A DNA stretch of 64,000 bases, from IMG/VR virus record IMGVR_UViG_3300048074_000120, positions 124,972-188,971 of that record; one strand, written 5' to 3'. This stretch comes from a virus. Below the pieces are notes generated by a model. The model saw nothing but the letters and a program-made list of their open reading frames with translations, did no database searches and was not told the origin of the DNA. Made by a program: the position numbers and the translations under genes. Shown piece after piece: positions 62,508 through 64,000 of this stretch (positions are counted from its first letter, which is position 1; every line of letters starts with the position of its first letter).

Positions 62508-62553
62508 GGAAAAGACGCCGGTTTTACATGACCGAGCTTCTTTTCTTAGCCCC
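62508..62553 (+). terminator. hairpin + TTTTCTTAGCCCC element
   Basis: Imperfect hairpin then TTTTCTTAGCCCCTCAAATGAC; TTAGCCCCTCAAATGAC (17 nt) is identical to 58061-58077. Confidence 0.6.
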
Positions 62554-62688
62554 TCAAATGACCACTGTGGCAATGGCGTACATGAGGCGGCTACAACACA
62601 GACAAGTTGAATTCCCTTGAAGTGCTTGCAGATTCATTCAGAATGGCTATAGACACTACAACGAAACCCCAACCCGTAGGTATTCACC

Positions 62689-62967
62689 ATGAACAAGGTA
62701 ACCATTTTTGAGAGCCCCTTCGCGCTCGAAAATGCCCAGGTAATGCTGGACCTGTGCCGTGATGAGTACGAGCGGGCAGGACATGGGAGCATTGTTCAAT
62801 CTCTCAGGGGATTGGACGTTACGTCCTTTGAGTCAGCCCGACTTGCACTCCTCACGGTCCGCTCCATCCCAGCGTTAGAGGGCGTTGCTGACGTGCGCAG
62901 ATACACCATCAAGGCGCTTGCCGATGTCATCAACTCGATGAAGGCAACACAGCGCCTCGCCGGGTGA
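62689..62967 (+). CDS. hypothetical protein (92 aa)
   Basis: ATG ORF with protein-like composition. Confidence 0.7.
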   Translation: MNKVTIFESPFALENAQVMLDLCRDEYERAGHGSIVQSLRGLDVTSFESARLALLTVRSIPALEGVADVRRYTIKALADVINSMKATQRLAG

Positions 62968-62969
62968 CT

Positions 62970-62998
62970 GCAAAAACCTAGTACAGCTCAGAGATAAG
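62970..62998 (+). promoter_or_regulatory. phage promoter motif GCAA-N16-AGAGATAAG
   Basis: Motif copy upstream of ORF 63042. Confidence 0.65.
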
Positions 62999-63041
62999 AG
63001 ACATGTAGAAGGACGTGGGGTCCCCTACATGGAGGAGCTGT

Positions 63042-63665
63042 ATGAGGTTGTTCGAAGTCACCGATAGCGTGCGTCCTGGCGTGAGACTAGTTAGGCAGTC
63101 AGGCGGCGTGGGTGTCCCGTTGGGCGTCAATGCCGACAACGGGACAACTATCCTGCTACCGGTAGGGAAGTCCATCAGTCGATGGATGAATCATCCCGAT
63201 GACGCAGACGGGACCTTCAAGTTGCATCACGCAGCCTTGAGGATAGCCCCGTCTGGCCGTTGTCTAGTCAAGCAACTCGTAGAGGAGTCGATAGCAGAGA
63301 GGAAGGCATTAGTGTTTGTGGATTGCTGCGTAGACCAGGAGCTAGGCAGAACTAGGATCGACAAGGCACGAAGACGCACAGCGCCGGAGGCTATCGCGTC
63401 GTTTGAGTTCCCGGGCTACACAAGAGAGCTGTTCAAATTCAGGCCTGGCGATGCTCTATTCATTTGCTGGCCAGCGGCAGCCCTAGAGACATTCACTGGG
63501 AGGCCCAAGCGATTCATCATCTCTTGGGATGGGCAGCAGCTGACGGAGGAGGCTTGCCAACGGCGGCTCCCGCCGCGACAGGCGCGGAGGAAGGTTGATT
63601 CCGAGCGGGCGGAGAAGCCTCCGAGGTCACCGGTTGTGGAGTCACAGCTGGTGTTGACTGCGTAG
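63042..63665 (+). CDS. hypothetical protein (207 aa)
   Basis: GGAGG SD and ATG 63042. Confidence 0.75.
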   Translation: MRLFEVTDSVRPGVRLVRQSGGVGVPLGVNADNGTTILLPVGKSISRWMNHPDDADGTFKLHHAALRIAPSGRCLVKQLVEESIAERKALVFVDCCVDQELGRTRIDKARRRTAPEAIASFEFPGYTRELFKFRPGDALFICWPAAALETFTGRPKRFIISWDGQQLTEEACQRRLPPRQARRKVDSERAEKPPRSPVVESQLVLTA

Positions 63666-63969
63666 GTGGGGTGGCGGATGAGGCTGCGGCCTTGTCCGCC
63701 GTCTCAGCTTTCGAGTCGTCCTTCTTTTTCTTAGCCACTCGAATTGCGCTTACCTTCTGCAGTGTCTTCGAGATCTGCTTGGCGAGGGCATAGACCGTTT
63801 GCTTGCAACTCGGGCAAAGACAATCGAACTTCGCTTGAACGGGAGCCCCACTATCGCCAAAGTCCGCTTTGATTTCAACCGAGCACGACGGCTCTAACTT
63901 ACCCTCATCGGCATACCAAACGCTGGGGCAACGGTCACACTCGTACTGCAGAACTTTCTTGGGGGGCAT
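63517..63969 (-). CDS. Zn-binding protein with low-complexity Pro/Ala tail (150 aa)
   Basis: CDRC ... CPSC; GGAG SD. Confidence 0.7.
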   Translation of the reverse strand: MPPKKVLQYECDRCPSVWYADEGKLEPSCSVEIKADFGDSGAPVQAKFDCLCPSCKQTVYALAKQISKTLQKVSAIRVAKKKKDDSKAETADKAAASSATPPTQSTPAVTPQPVTSEASPPARNQPSSAPVAAGAAVGKPPPSAAAHPKR

Positions 63970-64000
63970 TGAACTTCTCCGAATGAGTTTTCCACAACAG

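Noticed and set aside
61800-63969. Tail assembly chaperone with programmed frameshift upstream of the tape-measure-like gene
   Set aside because: No slippery-site ORF pair seen; the region is occupied by plus-strand cassettes.
1-64000. CRISPR array, tRNA, rRNA or tmRNA genes
   Set aside because: No regularly spaced direct repeats and no cloverleaf or T-loop signatures seen by eye; the dispersed 11-bp motifs are irregularly spaced and flank genes.

Overview
The window looks like a segment of a large lytic dsDNA bacteriophage (jumbo-phage-like). It has densely packed short hypothetical ORFs, phage-type DNA metabolism genes (ATP-dependent ligase, ThyX, RNase HII, DEDD exonuclease, SF2 helicase, DUF932-like protein, metallophosphoesterase), seven free-standing HNH endonucleases, and long probable virion genes on the minus strand (1025, 1053, 648 and 1153 aa). 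I found no terminase, portal, major capsid, integrase, tRNA or CRISPR array. Three sigma factors are encoded: FliA/WhiG-like, RpoH-like (frameshifted) and SigB/F/G-like. An orphan response regulator and the RpoH-like sequence hint at a myxobacterial or deltaproteobacterial host (inference). Main signals found by reading the DNA: (1) about 18 copies of a sigma-28-like bipartite promoter, (G/T)CAA-N15-RGGGATAAG-N5Y|R; (2) about 12 copies of its near-perfect reverse complement TT(C)TTAGCYCC, usually behind a terminator hairpin, so that plus-strand gene cassettes are bracketed by imperfect inverted repeats even inside minus-strand operons; (3) a cluster of Gly/Ala-rich proteins and a three-domain polyvalent protein sharing an E-L-x-K-(I/L/V)-A or K-x-A motif at N-termini and domain junctions, suggesting protease-processed virion cargo; (4) HNH insertions next to duplicated gene ends; (5) ORF-less promoter-terminator units that may be sRNAs. 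All family assignments are by motif recognition, with no database searches run.
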